DNA of 64,000 nucleotides, taken from Paramoeba atlantica. Its lineage: Eukaryota; Protista; Discosea. The notes under the pieces were generated by a model that worked only from the letters and a program-made list of their open reading frames with translations, had not been told where the DNA came from and did no database searches. The position numbers were made by a program, and so were the translations under genes. Below, piece by piece: positions 43,837 to 55,182 of the stretch (position 1 is the stretch's first letter; each line of letters starts with the position of its first letter). The stretch lies in assembly GCA_977017575.1 (NCBI GenBank), contig CDRNVI010000020.1, positions 536,154 to 600,153 on the forward strand, written 5' to 3'.

Positions 43837-44252
43837 AAGAACACGGAGGGCTCTGCAGCGCCAACCGTTAGGGTAGAGTCTCAGGCCACCGACCTTCATC
43901 GTCTTGCTACCCCCTTCCCAGACGGCACTCGACGCCTTGCGGCCCGAGAACGGCTACCCAACCGTAGCTACCAGGACGGGCGTCCAACCCCGTTGCATCG
44001 TGTAGGCTGTGTCTCAAGCCTTCTTTGCGTAAGCAGCTCGCAATTTAGCGGCTGCGCTGGAGCCTGGCTCAGCTCTGCGGTTCCGGGTCGGTCCTCCAGG
44101 GGAGCGGGGTTGGGTGTGGGCCTTGAAGGCACTTCTGATCGCTTTCCCTTTATAGTGAGGCCACCAGGTTGCGAGTTTTGTCGATAGCGGGAATCGAACA
44201 AACAACCTGCAGGTTGTAAGGCCCACCGTCTACCAACTACGCCCGCACCGCA
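43807..44252 (-). mobile_element. tRNA-headed SINE-like element with (TTC)n tail
   Basis: On the - strand the head has A-box-like GCGTAGTTGGTAG and B-box-like GTTCGATTCC. ~370-nt body and (TTC)11 tail. Splits the retroelement frame between LLLD and KGEELSRSIADG. Confidence 0.7.
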
Positions 44253-44519
44253 TCAAAAGGGGAGGAATTGTCAAGAAGTATTGCGGATGGAAGTCTGTTG
44301 CATATACTTAAGCCACATGATTCTCGATTTAATCAATGGGTGTCTGTCCAAACAGCTCATGACACGCCTGCGACGCGCTCGACTTGTTGCCCCCCCAAAG
44401 CCGAAGGTCGCGTACGGCCTAGTGCGATAGGAGAAATCCTCCTAAAACTTGCTGGCCTTGTTCTGCTACAACGCGACGAAGGAACTCTAGAAAGTCTCTT
44501 CGAGTCAAAAAAAAAATCA

Positions 44520-45074
44520 AAATCATTCCGGATTGCTCCGGATGGTCACTGGCAAGCCAGACCCTTCACAGACAGATTTGGAAGTTCCGAGGCCGACGTC
44601 CTCTACCAGTTTCCGCTTGCCCAAGGCGGCACCAACGTGATGTTGCCAACACGCTGCGTCGACGAACTGTACGTCAACACGGCACACCCAAGAGGCGTAA
44701 GCCGGGCGGAGGTGGCGGAGTGGCAAGAATTCAAAGTTTGAAGCACATGGTGCTCAGACGGCGAGTTCAAACCCGCTCATCGCAATATTCTCGGCGGCCT
44801 CGCTCTAAGAGGCTGGGCTGAGAACCGACTAGGCCCAGTACTCGGAGGACCGTCCCGGACCCTCTCCTCAGGGAACAAGCTCCCTTACACGGCTTACACC
44901 CCTTGGGTAAGCCGTGTTGACGTACAGTTCGTCGACGCAGCGTGTTGGCAACAGCACGTTGGTGTCGCCTTGGACAAGCGGAAACTGGTAGAGGACGTCG
45001 GCCTCGGAACTTCCAAATCTGTCTGTGAAGGTTCTGGCTTGCCAGTGACCATCCGGAGCAATCCGGAATGATTT
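44520..45074 (+). mobile_element. 555-bp element: ~185-bp terminal inverted repeats around a tRNA-headed SINE-like core
   Basis: Left arm 44520-44705 and right arm 44890-45074 are near-perfect reverse complements. The core begins GCGGAGGTGGCGGAGTGG...GAGTTCAAACCCGC. A second full copy is at 60232-60785. Confidence 0.85.
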
Positions 45075-45091
45075 GGATTTTTGGATTTCGT

Positions 45092-45282
45092 AAGCCGGGT
45101 AAGGGGTGCTAGTTCCCTGAGGGCATGGTCCGGGACGGTCCTCCGAGTACTGGGCCTAGTCGGTTCTCAGCCCAGCCTCTTAGAGTGAGGCCGCCAGGAA
45201 TATTGCGATGAGCGGGTTTGAACTCGCCGTCTGAGCAACATGTGCTTCAAACTTTGAATTCTTGCCACTCCGCCACCTCCGC
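45092..45282 (-). repeat. Free copy of the SINE-like core, directly downstream of tRNA-Gly
   Basis: Reverse complement of 44706-44895. Confidence 0.85.
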
Positions 45283-45290
45283 TTGCAAAA

Positions 45291-45362
45291 CGCGCACGCC
45301 GGGAGTCGAACCCGGTCCGCGTGCTTGGAAGGCAAGCATCCTAACCGTTAGACTACGTGCGC
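45291..45362 (-). tRNA. tRNA-Gly (TCC)
   Basis: GCGCACG TA GTCTAACGGTTAGGAT G CTTGC CTTCCAA GCACG CGGA CCGGG TTCGACT CCCGG CGTGCGC. Perfect acceptor and T stems, one anticodon-stem mismatch, followed by TTTT. Functionality unproven. Confidence 0.85.
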
Positions 45363-46055
45363 TAACCGTTAGACTACGTGCAAGGAAAGTTGTAAGCCAA
45401 TGCAACACGGCGTAATGATGAACGGAGGATGTGAACAAGTGGTCCATAAACTACACGCTTTGTACAATGACGGACACGCAATTCTTTCTCTGGATGTCAA
45501 GAATGCCTTGAAGGCCCCCACCCGCGACGACATTGCGAAAGCAATGTTTGCCTTCCACACGATGAAACCATTCCAAAGACTGTATGGTTAATAGCACATT
45601 AGTGGTCCGACAGGGTTCATCGTTATCTACGTTATACTTCTGTATGTTTTTCCAGCCATTGCTGGAAATGATGGCACAAGAATTTCCCGAACTATATATC
45701 TACGCATACATCGATGACGTAAATTTTGCTTCTAAAGATCCGGCGCTCATTAGCACGGCTTTCCAGCGGTTTAAGGTACTTCTTCAGGAGAAAAGAATAG
45801 AGCTGTCATGCCAAAAATGCGTTTGGTTCACCGGGAAGAATAACATCGCAATGCCTGATACTCTAGAAATGCCTGATACTCTTTTTTTTTTTTTTGATAC
45901 TCTAGAGTGCCAAGGCATTTCAACAGAAGCAAAAGCCGCCAAATTTCTCGGTGCCTTTGTTGGAGAGAATCAATCCGTAAGTTCGAAATTAGTTCAACAA
46001 CTCGAAAAATATGGCACCATTTTCCGGAGGCTGGAGGCCATGGGAGCTAATAATA

Positions 46056-47141
46056 TTTTCTTTTTTAGGCTCTTCGTTAAACGCGGTGGTTGTTTTCAAC
46101 TTAGAAGTCACTCATGCTGCGCGCTTCGCGTTGAAAGCTACCGCCGCGTTTAATGAAGAGCCTAAAAAAGAAAATTTAGCCTGGAAAACGGAAAGATTAT
46201 AGCCAAAAATAGCCGAATTTTGGTAAAAATGGGGTGATTTTCGCGTACTTTTGCTCTCAGAGCACTAAATCCGACATTTGCGCGTGGGAAATCACTCGTA
46301 GGTATGAATGGAAGCCTACCGAACGTATTGGGTAGAGAATGCGACTCAAACCATACCATTCTTTCGACACAAAAATGCCCCTTTAGGTCCGAAAAATACT
46401 TTTTCACCTTTTTTAGTCAAAAATGGGTCATTTTGAGGGGCGCACCACGGTTCGAAGAAGGGATACCTTGCGAACACTACTGCGGAGAAAGCTAGTGTAG
46501 GTCCCAAACTATCACAATACAATAGGGGAAACGATTTTGGAAAAATATTTTTTTTACCATTTTTTTAGCCAAGTTGAAATTTTTTTCAAAATTTTTTTTC
46601 CGAAAAAATCCGAACTTGGCGGACCCATCCTGCGGATACGCGGGGGGGGCACCCCGGGGTAGGGGGGTGGAAAATGCGCGCCAAGACCCCGGCTGCCCTT
46701 TCTGCGGTTTTTTTTCGAAATCTAATTTTTTCGAAAAAATTTGCTCGACCATGACCCCTGGTCCCCCCCCCTGGACCCCCCCCTGGACCCCCCCCTGGAC
46801 CCCCCCCTGGACCCCCCCCCTGGACCCCCCCCTGGACCCCCTCCATGGACCATGACCCCCCTGGTTCCCCCCCTGGACCCCCCCCCTGGACCCCCCCCTG
46901 GACCCCCCCCTGGACCCCATCCGTGGACCCCCCGCATGGACCCACCATTTTTTTCAATTTTTTTTTTCAGTTTTACTCCACCGGAGCCCCCTTTTATATT
47001 TTTTTCTTCTATTATATTACTGTGTTCCCCTTTATATTTTCACTGTTTTTGTTCAATTTTTTTTCAATAATCGAGTGTAGAGCGGTAGTTTTACAACCAC
47101 CGCAATCGAGGGTAGATCGGTAGTTATACAACCACCGCAAT
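46056..47141 (+). mobile_element. Full-length R1 element with expanded C-tract repeats and duplicated 3' hairpin
   Basis: Same architecture as 28662-29618. An extra terminal hairpin unit at 47107-47141. Confidence 0.8.
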
Positions 47142-47146
47142 AAATA

Positions 47147-47840
47147 ATTTTCTTTTTTAGGCTCTTCGTTAAACGCGGTGGTTGTTTTCAACTTAGAAGT
47201 CACTCATGCTGCGCGCTTCGCGTTGAAAACTCCCGCCGCGTTTAACGAAAAGCCTAAAAAAGAAAATTGGCCAGGGACGGGGAAGAAAACGGAAGGATTT
47301 GAGCCAAAAATGGTAGAAAGAGGTAGGTAAAAATGGAAAGGTAGGTAAAAATGGGGTGATTTTTGTATATAGAGCACTAAAGTCGAGAATGCGACTCCAA
47401 CCACACGATTCGTACGACTCAAAAAGACCTCTTGGCGTCCAAAAATTACTTTTTCGCATTTTTTGATCAAAAATGGGACATTTTGGGAGGCGTACCACGG
47501 CTTCAAGAAGCGACACCTCGCAAAACCAATGACGTAAAAAGCTAGAATAGGTCCCAAACTATAAAAATACAATAGGCGAAACAACTTTGGAAAAATATTC
47601 TTTTTACCAATTTTTTCGTCAATTTGAAAATTTTTTCAAATTGTTTTTTCCGAAAAAATCGGAACTTGACGGACTCGTCTTGCGGATACGAGGGGGGGTC
47701 ACCCCCTGGTAGGGTATGCCCCCCCCCCATAGACCCCCCATTTTTTTCAATTTTTGTTTTCAATTTTGGACCACCGGATCCCCCTTTTATATTTTTTTCC
47801 TTTACCGCGTTTAACGAAGAGCTTAGAAAAGAAAAATTTG
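47147..47840 (+). repeat. Diverged R1 copy, head-to-tail with the preceding one
   Basis: Hairpin at 47147-47270, then a colinear but substituted R1 body. Confidence 0.8.
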
Positions 47841-48469
47841 ACAGGAGAGTAAAAGAAACCAGAGGGATAATTCTGGATTTGGTCCAAAAAGAGCCGATAG
47901 TTGGGCAAAAATAGGGTTGTTTTTCCATATTTCCGCTCACATGTGTTTTCCTTCGGTTCGCACGATTTTGAACGAAGCAGGGTGGAGACCTCTTTTTTTG
48001 AAAAGCACTTGAATTCACCCCGGCTTTTGAAGGGGGGGATTTACCTCGTGGGTTTACTTCTTCGTTTTGATTCATTTGGTTTACGCCAGGGGTGCAGTTA
48101 ATGCCATGTCGGAACGCTTTTCTGACAGTACGTTGGATATGCACTAATTCAGTCATCAAAAGCATATTTGTTGAATGATCAGGCTAAAAATAGAAGAAGT
48201 GATGACTGCAAACGTAGATCTGCTATGTAAATGTAAACATTTTTTTAACAAATTTGGTTTCAATTGTATTTATTTGAGTTTAGAAAATGCAAAGTTACGA
48301 ATACTTACAGAGGGTTTCCGAGACACAAAGTAAAACCACAGAAAAACTTTGATGCGATGAATCGTAAAAAAACGGTGCTGTGGACGAATTTAAGCCGAAA
48401 ATTTCTCGAAAGAAAAGTGTTTTCTTTCCTTCGCTAACCTTCGAATCATGACTTCAAAATTTTAAACCA

Positions 48470-48842
48470 ACTTTCACTTTCAAACGTCTTCTTACACACT
48501 TATTCAGAAATTTAAGTATCCGTTTCTCTTCTTTTCCCTTTGAAGTAAATGCTCGATGCGCGCTTCGCTTCTTCCGTAGTGCTAAAACACACGTGCGCCA
48601 GTCACTTTTTTGATACGATTGTTATACAATCGATTTCACCATACGAAGCGTAATGCTTGGTAAGGTCCTCTTTAGTCGTAGAGGAGGGAAGGTGTTCTAT
48701 TGTGATTGAGCGCTCGTCACGCTCCGCGCGCAGAGCGCAAAACGTGTAGAGATTCTAAGTAATCATCTCTTTTGCGCTTTGTATCCCTTTCCTTGTCGGA
48801 AATGTCGTTACCATTGGTTGATTGATTCTCCGCCGAGGCCAT
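48470..48842 (-). pseudogene. Frameshifted copy of the single-RRM ORF
   Basis: High identity to 19900-20270, with a 2-nt deletion near 48720. Confidence 0.75.
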
Positions 48843-49333
48843 AGTAATTTCAAAGAAAGTTTTCAAAAAAATCAAGCTGAGTCTAGAAACATTCAACTTA
48901 AAAAGCAATACATGAACGTAGAAGTCTTGTTTTTGAAGGGCCTGCCCGGAGGGCCCTTCGAGAGGGTGCAGACCCGCTGCCGCGGGGAGTGCTTTACCTC
49001 GTGACATGTAATTTTGAAGGAAACAAGCTTCTGATATCTTTTTTTGAAGTGCCCTCCCGGAGCGCCCTTCGAGAGGGTACAGGCCCGCTGCCGCGGTGGG
49101 TGCTTTTGAAGGAAACAAGCTTCTGAAATTTCGATAAAAAAATTTGAAAGCAATTTTGACGGAGCGTAATTCTGCAGCTATGATGGAGACATTTTTTTTG
49201 GTAGATGGCGCGTGAGCGTTGGGGTCACTCGCACTTCTTCTGCCGAAGCTGAAGACGCCGGGCTTGTGACCGGTATCAAGCGTGCTTCCCCCCTAGAGAG
49301 GTCTTCCTAAGAAGATCGTTTCAATCTAATTTC

Positions 49334-52283
49334 TTAGAATTGATAAGTCAAATCGGTAAGCCGATTTGCTTTTTCCATGGCCGAAAATTTAGGCCTATGG
49401 TAACCTGAAGTCAGGTGTGTTCCTGGGCGATCTGTGCCCATGCCAGGGAGCACTCGAATATCATCGAGGCATTGTGCCCTGGATATTGCTACTGGCGAGT
49501 TCCGGTCTCTTGGACCACGCCTTATCATTCAAGTCAAGAATAACACCGTTCTTCACGGTGATACCTTGTACTTTGTGATACGTATAGGCAAACCCCAGTT
49601 TCACTTGAAAGTTTCCTTGGGAAGCCTTATCATGGTGCTGCGCCTTTTTGGCGTAAAATTCTACACCTGACCCCTTCTCAATGCATTGCATAAAAGAAGG
49701 GGCTTTTCGTAGATAACGAACACCATCAATAGTGTCGTATGACAAATCGTCTGACACAAGGTCTCTCATTTCAATCACTGTCCCATCCGCAATTTTCATT
49801 GTATAAGGAGCAATGTTCTCGGTGATTACACCGGGTGCTCCTTTTACAAATACAGAAAATGCTTCAGGGTGTATGTCAATGAGTTTACCTTGGACGTTAT
49901 CGCCTGTCCATGCGAACAATGGGCAATTGTGACGTCTGGCAAAATTTCTTGCCATTGCTACATTAATCTTGTGCCGTTCAATATTTGTTCCAACAATGAC
50001 AATTGCATTGCGGAACTTTTCTTGGTCCTCAGAGGTAAGAGGTTTTACCAATTGGATGAACTTCTTCAACCCCTCATTGGGAGCTTTTCGAAGAACACGC
50101 AAGATATCTGAAAATACAGTATCTTGTCGTGCTCGCATTTGCTGTTTGAGTTCAAACACATACGAGACTTGAAAAATATTCTCAAAAATGGGATTATTAC
50201 CAGGAGAGCTATCTTCTATGGTAAGAGACGCTCCTTGTACTGGTCTCAGCTGATAAAAATCTCCAACAAAGAGCATGTTGATGCCTCCATAGGGAAGCTG
50301 CTCATTTCCTTTGATTTGCTGCAGCCTAGTGTTGATACAGGCAAAGAAACACTTGCTGATCATTGACACTTCGTCGACTATGATTAATCGACATGTCTCA
50401 TACCTTTGTTGGTATGGTAGAAGGCTACTGCTTGAAAGATGTTTGAAATTTCTTGCAGTAGCCCCTATCGGTATGCAGAGGGAAGCGTGTATTGTGCAAC
50501 AGTGCAGTACTGATGCGGCGATCCCAGTGGGCGCCATTGCAATACATTGGCTTCCCAGTTCTTGCATTATGAAACGGGAAACTAGACTTTTCCCGGTTCC
50601 GGGGCCACCGAGCAGAAACATACATTTCCGCTCGGGGTCTAGTTTCCCGTTTAGTAAATCTTCAATTTGATTTACGCACTGTTTCTGTGCTTGGTTCAGT
50701 TCAATGGAATTGTTGTCTTCGCGCAATATGTAGCTGCGATCGAACGTAATCTCTTCGTATTGATTACTGCGAGCCAGTGGACGATCCTCATTAAAATGAG
50801 CTCTGTCAACTGGTGCACTTGGCTCAGATTGAGCCGAAGTTGCAAATCGTTCGTTTTGGATTATTTCAGCATAGCGCTCTCGCGCATTTATGACTGAAAT
50901 ATTGGACCTCGTCCTTGTCATTGTCGATGCAAGATCAACATTTTCTTCAGAGGAGTTCTCAGTAGAACCTCCTAACGCGGCCGTTAAAGCTCGCGTTTGT
51001 AGTTCGCAGTATGCATTCTGCTGAACCAATCGCTCTTCATTAACCACTGCAGTGTTCTGCTGTGCTTCAAGAGCATCTTGAAGATGAGGTTCAACCTCTC
51101 GCACTTCAAGCTCATTTTCGTACGCAATGTTGCGTGCTAATCTTGCTTCTTCCAGAGTGCAAGCATCTTTGCGTCGATACAAATCTGCCGCGTTCTCTGT
51201 ATTCTTCGAAGCATGTAAAAGCCGAAGAAAGTTGCACATTATGTCATACTTTCCAGGCGTATTTATTTTCGCTTCATTGAGAAGCTTTTCAAACCCTTCT
51301 AGGGTCATTTCATGGCTCGGTGAGCCTTTCGTCCATGGGGAAAACAATGCCACCATGTGTTTCGCTACTCGAAGATGGCTTCGAGCTCGTGCCCCAGGTT
51401 CTTTTGAAGAACTCAATATGGGAAAACCTGGTATAGCTGGCACAGTGTGCAAAGAGCGCACCTGTTGCTCAACAATATCTCCAGGCTCAAATTCCGGGAG
51501 GCCTTCAATGTCCTCAAAGGCGTATCTCCCATTAGCACGACGTCCGCGACGACGTCTTCGATTTGTCCCTGACTCAAAATCTGAATCATGATCGGGCTCT
51601 TCTTGAGCTAGTTCAGCTCTTTTCTTCTTTACGCTGACAATGCCTGCATAGGAATACAGGTCAAGGTCTTGAAGATCTTCGCCCCTGTGAATGTAACGCA
51701 CATGGAGTGGTGCAAGAACTGCACAATCATATTCGGTGATCATTAGAGGAGCCTCTAAGATACCGTCGTCGAACTCCATATCAGAGTCTTGTGACGAATC
51801 ATCGTCACTGATTTCTAGATCTCTGTGATCTGACTCACTTGAGATATTTGCCAGGAACTTCATTACACGGTTCATATTGATCCATGTGAAGTTATGGCTC
51901 ATATACTCGGAGGATTGGCCGAGACAAAAGGCAGTTGCCATTTCGGTTGAAACTTCTATCTTTCGATGTGTCATGTTCGACAATTTCTGTAGAACTAAGC
52001 GTGCCATCGGAATGTCAGTTTGCACTCTGTGCTCTGAATTCAGACCCATTTGAAGGTGGTCATTGGCTGCGCGAAGTGCTGGTATAATGTACACAGGTGG
52101 ACCAATGTCCTTGCTCATATATTTTATGAGATATTGCATAATTTTTATGCCGGGACCTTCGCTCCCAATGAAAACTACACATGTATTGCATCTTACGCAA
52201 GCAGTGAGTGTTTCATTGTACGGAACGGTGATGGATCCCCGTTTAGTGTGTTGTGTCGGGTCCTGGTTATTGTGCAGAAGCAC
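49334..52283 (-). mobile_element. Helitron/Helentron Rep-C-terminal plus PIF1-family helicase, 5'-truncated and frameshifted
   Basis: TVPYN...RCN...YLIKYMSK and EVSTEMA...LG...SHNF (post-Rep motifs). Helicase motifs LLGGPGTGKS, APTGIAA, IIVDEVSM, GGINMLFVGDFYQLRPV, LKQQMR, AYTYHKVQG. Motif VI (VAISR) lies in a different frame at 49334-49528. Confidence 0.88.
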
Positions 52284-53983
52284 AATCAGAGACCTACAAT
52301 GGACACTAACACAACAAATTCCGATATAGTTTTATTCAAAGTTGATTTGCCCAACGCATTTAACAACGTTAGCCGTGACGCATGCATCAGTCTCACCAGA
52401 GAGCACTTCCCGGAATTGTCTAGATGGGTAGAATGGTGCTACGTTAGCCGTGACGCATTCATCAGTCTCACCAGAGAGCACTTCCCGGAATTGTCTAGAT
52501 GGGTTGAATGGTGCTACGTCGAAACCAGTAGCTTAACTTACGGGCACCGTTTCGTACCGTCCGCGGAAGGGGTACAACAGGGCGATCCCCTCGGTCCTCT
52601 TCCCTTTTCCTTAGTTATGTTGGAGGTTACCAAACAAATTCAGTCGTACACGGAACTTCTTCTAAACCTATGGTATTTAGACGGTGGAGTTTTTATAGGG
52701 AAAGAAGAAGAAGTAGGAAAAGCTCTCGACATACTTGATCACCTCGGACTACACCTCAATAGCAAGAAAAGCGAGATCACACAACCCTCATCTGCACACC
52801 AAACATTTCTTTTCCCAGATATACCAAAAGACAAGCAAAACACAGAAGGAAATTTCGACATCCTAGGAAGCCCTATCGGATCCCACGAACACTGCGCCGA
52901 ATACCTCATGACCAATGCGATCGAACCAGCAGAAGATACGTTAGTTGCTTCCTGTTTAATTGAGGACCCGCAGGTCGACATGGCACTGGTACGACAATGT
53001 GCTGGCTTTTGTCAACTGGTCTACGCCCTACGTACAACACCCCCACAATGCATACGACGCGTTTGCGAACATCTAGACAATTCACTGTTGAGCACAGCTG
53101 AGGAAATACTTTGCCCACTGAACGCCCCTGCCCGCGCTCAGATCCAACGCCTGAAGAGACACGGAGGTTTCGGTCTGCGTTCATCGGAAATGTACTAGCA
53201 AGCAAGGACGGATGGAATCCACTGGACGCGGAAGGTTTTTCACCTGCCGTCAACGACGTGAACGCAAAAGCCGGAGGCACTCACGTAGATCCCGAAACGG
53301 GTTGTTTCCTTTGCCCCACCACCCAAAAGCTCGACCGATCACATCGCTCTTTTCCCCCAAAGCCATCCATTCACTCTTCCACACAGGTCGATACAGCCCG
53401 CGAGCCATCGGACACCGAACCTCTTTTAGATACTGACCCGCCGTTGGGCGCTGACCTTGACCTAGACGCTGACCTTGACCCGCCAGAATGGGAAGAAAGT
53501 ATCATCCCACGTCAGAAAGATATCATCCGCGCTATAGGGGAAAGGGAGTTTAACATAGCATACAGTTCCGCTGATACACGAACGCGAACCAGATGGGTAT
53601 CACAATCAGGGAAAGGGGCTAGCAGTTGGGCGTTCGTCACCCCATCGAAGGACCTGGGCTATGCATTCAAACCCGCGGAGTTTCGAACCTTGTGTCTATG
53701 TTGGTTGGGGGTGTATGTATACGGAGAAACTCGTCCATGTCCCTCGGACGAATGCAAACTCCCTCTGGGTCCTGAAGGGGATCACGCACTCGTGTGCAAA
53801 CACGGACAAGGTATAATAAACCGGCACAATTCCCTGGTTGAACATTTTTCCTCCTCCTGCGGGCATGCCTCTTTGGCACCCCAACGAGAGCACAGTCTTG
53901 GCAATCGAGGTCCCGGAGGGGGGCTCACCAGGCCAGGCGATGTGTCTCTCCCCACGTATTCCAAGATGATCGACATCACTTGA
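52275..53983 (+). pseudogene. CRE/R2-like retroelement: RT core to restriction-like endonuclease, fragment
   Basis: LFKVDLPNAFN, GVQQGDPLGP, WYLDG, ILGSPIG, RHGGFGLRS, HALVCKHG...RHN, RPGDVSLP. Stop at 53198. 75-bp in-frame tandem duplication at 52367-52516. Homologous to 23310-25947. Confidence 0.88.
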
Positions 53984-53985
53984 CG

Positions 53986-54480
53986 TATATCTTTGACGTA
54001 GAATAGTTATAACTCCAAGATGTCGAAACAAGATGATTCCCACTCACCTTCCACACATTTCCTAGTATCCTTCGGCTAACGATAGCCATGCCGTTGTATG
54101 AATCCGCGCCTGTGACAGACTGAAGGTATACATGAAACCTATGCCCCAAATATTCGACCTTCCTATAAATAATTCCATCCTCGTGAACATCCTTGGAAAA
54201 TTTATACCTGGTTTCCTGTAAGCACATAATGTAGGCCCCCTTTTCTATCATGAAAGAGAATTCAAAGACGAGTGCATCTTCGAAGGGAAAACTCGTCTTC
54301 CCCCTCAAGCTTTAGTGTCGTCACGTTCAGTGTGCTCACGGTCGTGTTTCTCCTCTCAGCGGAACCTCTAGGGTTCTCCAATTGGCGTCGAGCATGCATG
54401 CCACGCAATGCCCGTGGTTTATGAGGGCGGTGACGGGCAGTTCTTCGGACCACTTTTTTAGGATGGCACACCTGCGCGGC
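53986..54480 (-). pseudogene. 5' fragment of a third APE-type element (N-terminal domain and start of endonuclease)
   Basis: LPFPPFSSTGIVLCAA, VSTLNVTTLKLEGEDEF, MCLQETRYKF, SYNGMAIVS; colinear with elements A and B. Confidence 0.8.
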
Positions 54481-54519
54481 ACAGAGAACTATACCCGTAG
54501 AAGAAAAGGGGGGGAAAGG

Positions 54520-55130
54520 GAGAGTTGTGTGACGGACATGCAATTCTTTCTCTGGATATCAAGAATGCCTTTAACGTCCCCACCCGGCGACATTGCGAAA
54601 GCAATGTTTGCCTTCCACAAGATGAAACCATTCCAAAGACTGTTTCACACCGAATATTCAGAGAGCTCGGAGTTGTTATTCTACGGTTCAAGTGGCAACC
54701 TCCATGGAATGGTTAATAGCACAGCAGATAACAGAGTTCATCGTTATCTACGTTATACTTCTGTACGTTTTTCCAGCCATTGCTGGAAACGATGGCACAT
54801 GAATTTCCCGAACTATATATCTACGCATACATCGATGACGTAAATTTTGCTTCTAAAGATCCTGCGCTCATTAGCACGGCTTTCCAGCGGTTTAAGGTAC
54901 TTCTTCAGGAGAAAAGAATAGAGCTGTCATGCCAAAAATGCGTTTGGTTCACCGGGAAGAATGACATCGCAATACCTGGTACTCTAGAGTGCCAAGGCAT
55001 TTCAACAGAAGCAAAAGCCGCCAAATTTCTCGGTGCCTTTGTTGGAGAGAATCAATCCGTCAGTTCGAAATTAGTTCATCAACTCGAAAAACATGACACC
55101 ATTTTCCGGAGGCTGGAGGCCATGGGAGCT
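54520..55130 (+). pseudogene. Second copy of the SLACS/CRE-like RT core
   Basis: Near identity to 45465-46050, with different small deletions. YAYIDDV. Confidence 0.85.
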
Positions 55131-55182
55131 AACTTATTCCCACTTTCCCCACTTTCCCTTAAGTTAAGGGTTAAGTTAAAAA

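Larger units (their letters stand above)
44253..46050 (+). pseudogene. SLACS/CRE-like reverse transcriptase core, interrupted at ~44505-45396
   Basis: GRVRPSAIGEILLKL...ESLFE|PMQHGVMMNGGCEQVVH...ILSLDVKNA...VRQGSSLSTLYFC...YAYIDDV...AKFLGAFVG. Confidence 0.85.

Noticed and set aside
44706-44790. SINE head as tRNA-Sec or an opal suppressor (ATTCAAA loop, TCA)
   Set aside because: The D-stem 3' side is missing, the acceptor stem is mismatched and TTCAAAGTTTGAA folds equally well as a local palindrome; no anticodon can be assigned.
44790-44890. Hammerhead or HDV-like ribozyme in the SINE core
   Set aside because: CTGAGAA and GAAC do not match the CUGANGA/GAAA core, and I could not build an HDV pseudoknot by eye; it needs a proper descriptor search.
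46162-47584. Recurrent short ORFs in R1 (MKKYFSDLKG..., PPPGPP..., GGSRGG...)
   Set aside because: They arise from a non-coding repeat; frames differ between copies and homopolymer lengths vary freely.
47542-48165. 207-aa - strand ORF as a Helitron accessory gene
   Set aside because: The C-terminal half is antisense R1 sequence and the rest has no recognisable motif.
55128-55182. ttaagttaagggttaagtt and cccacttt repeats as telomeric seed
   Set aside because: No TTAGGG units; only two short degenerate repeats at an insertion junction.
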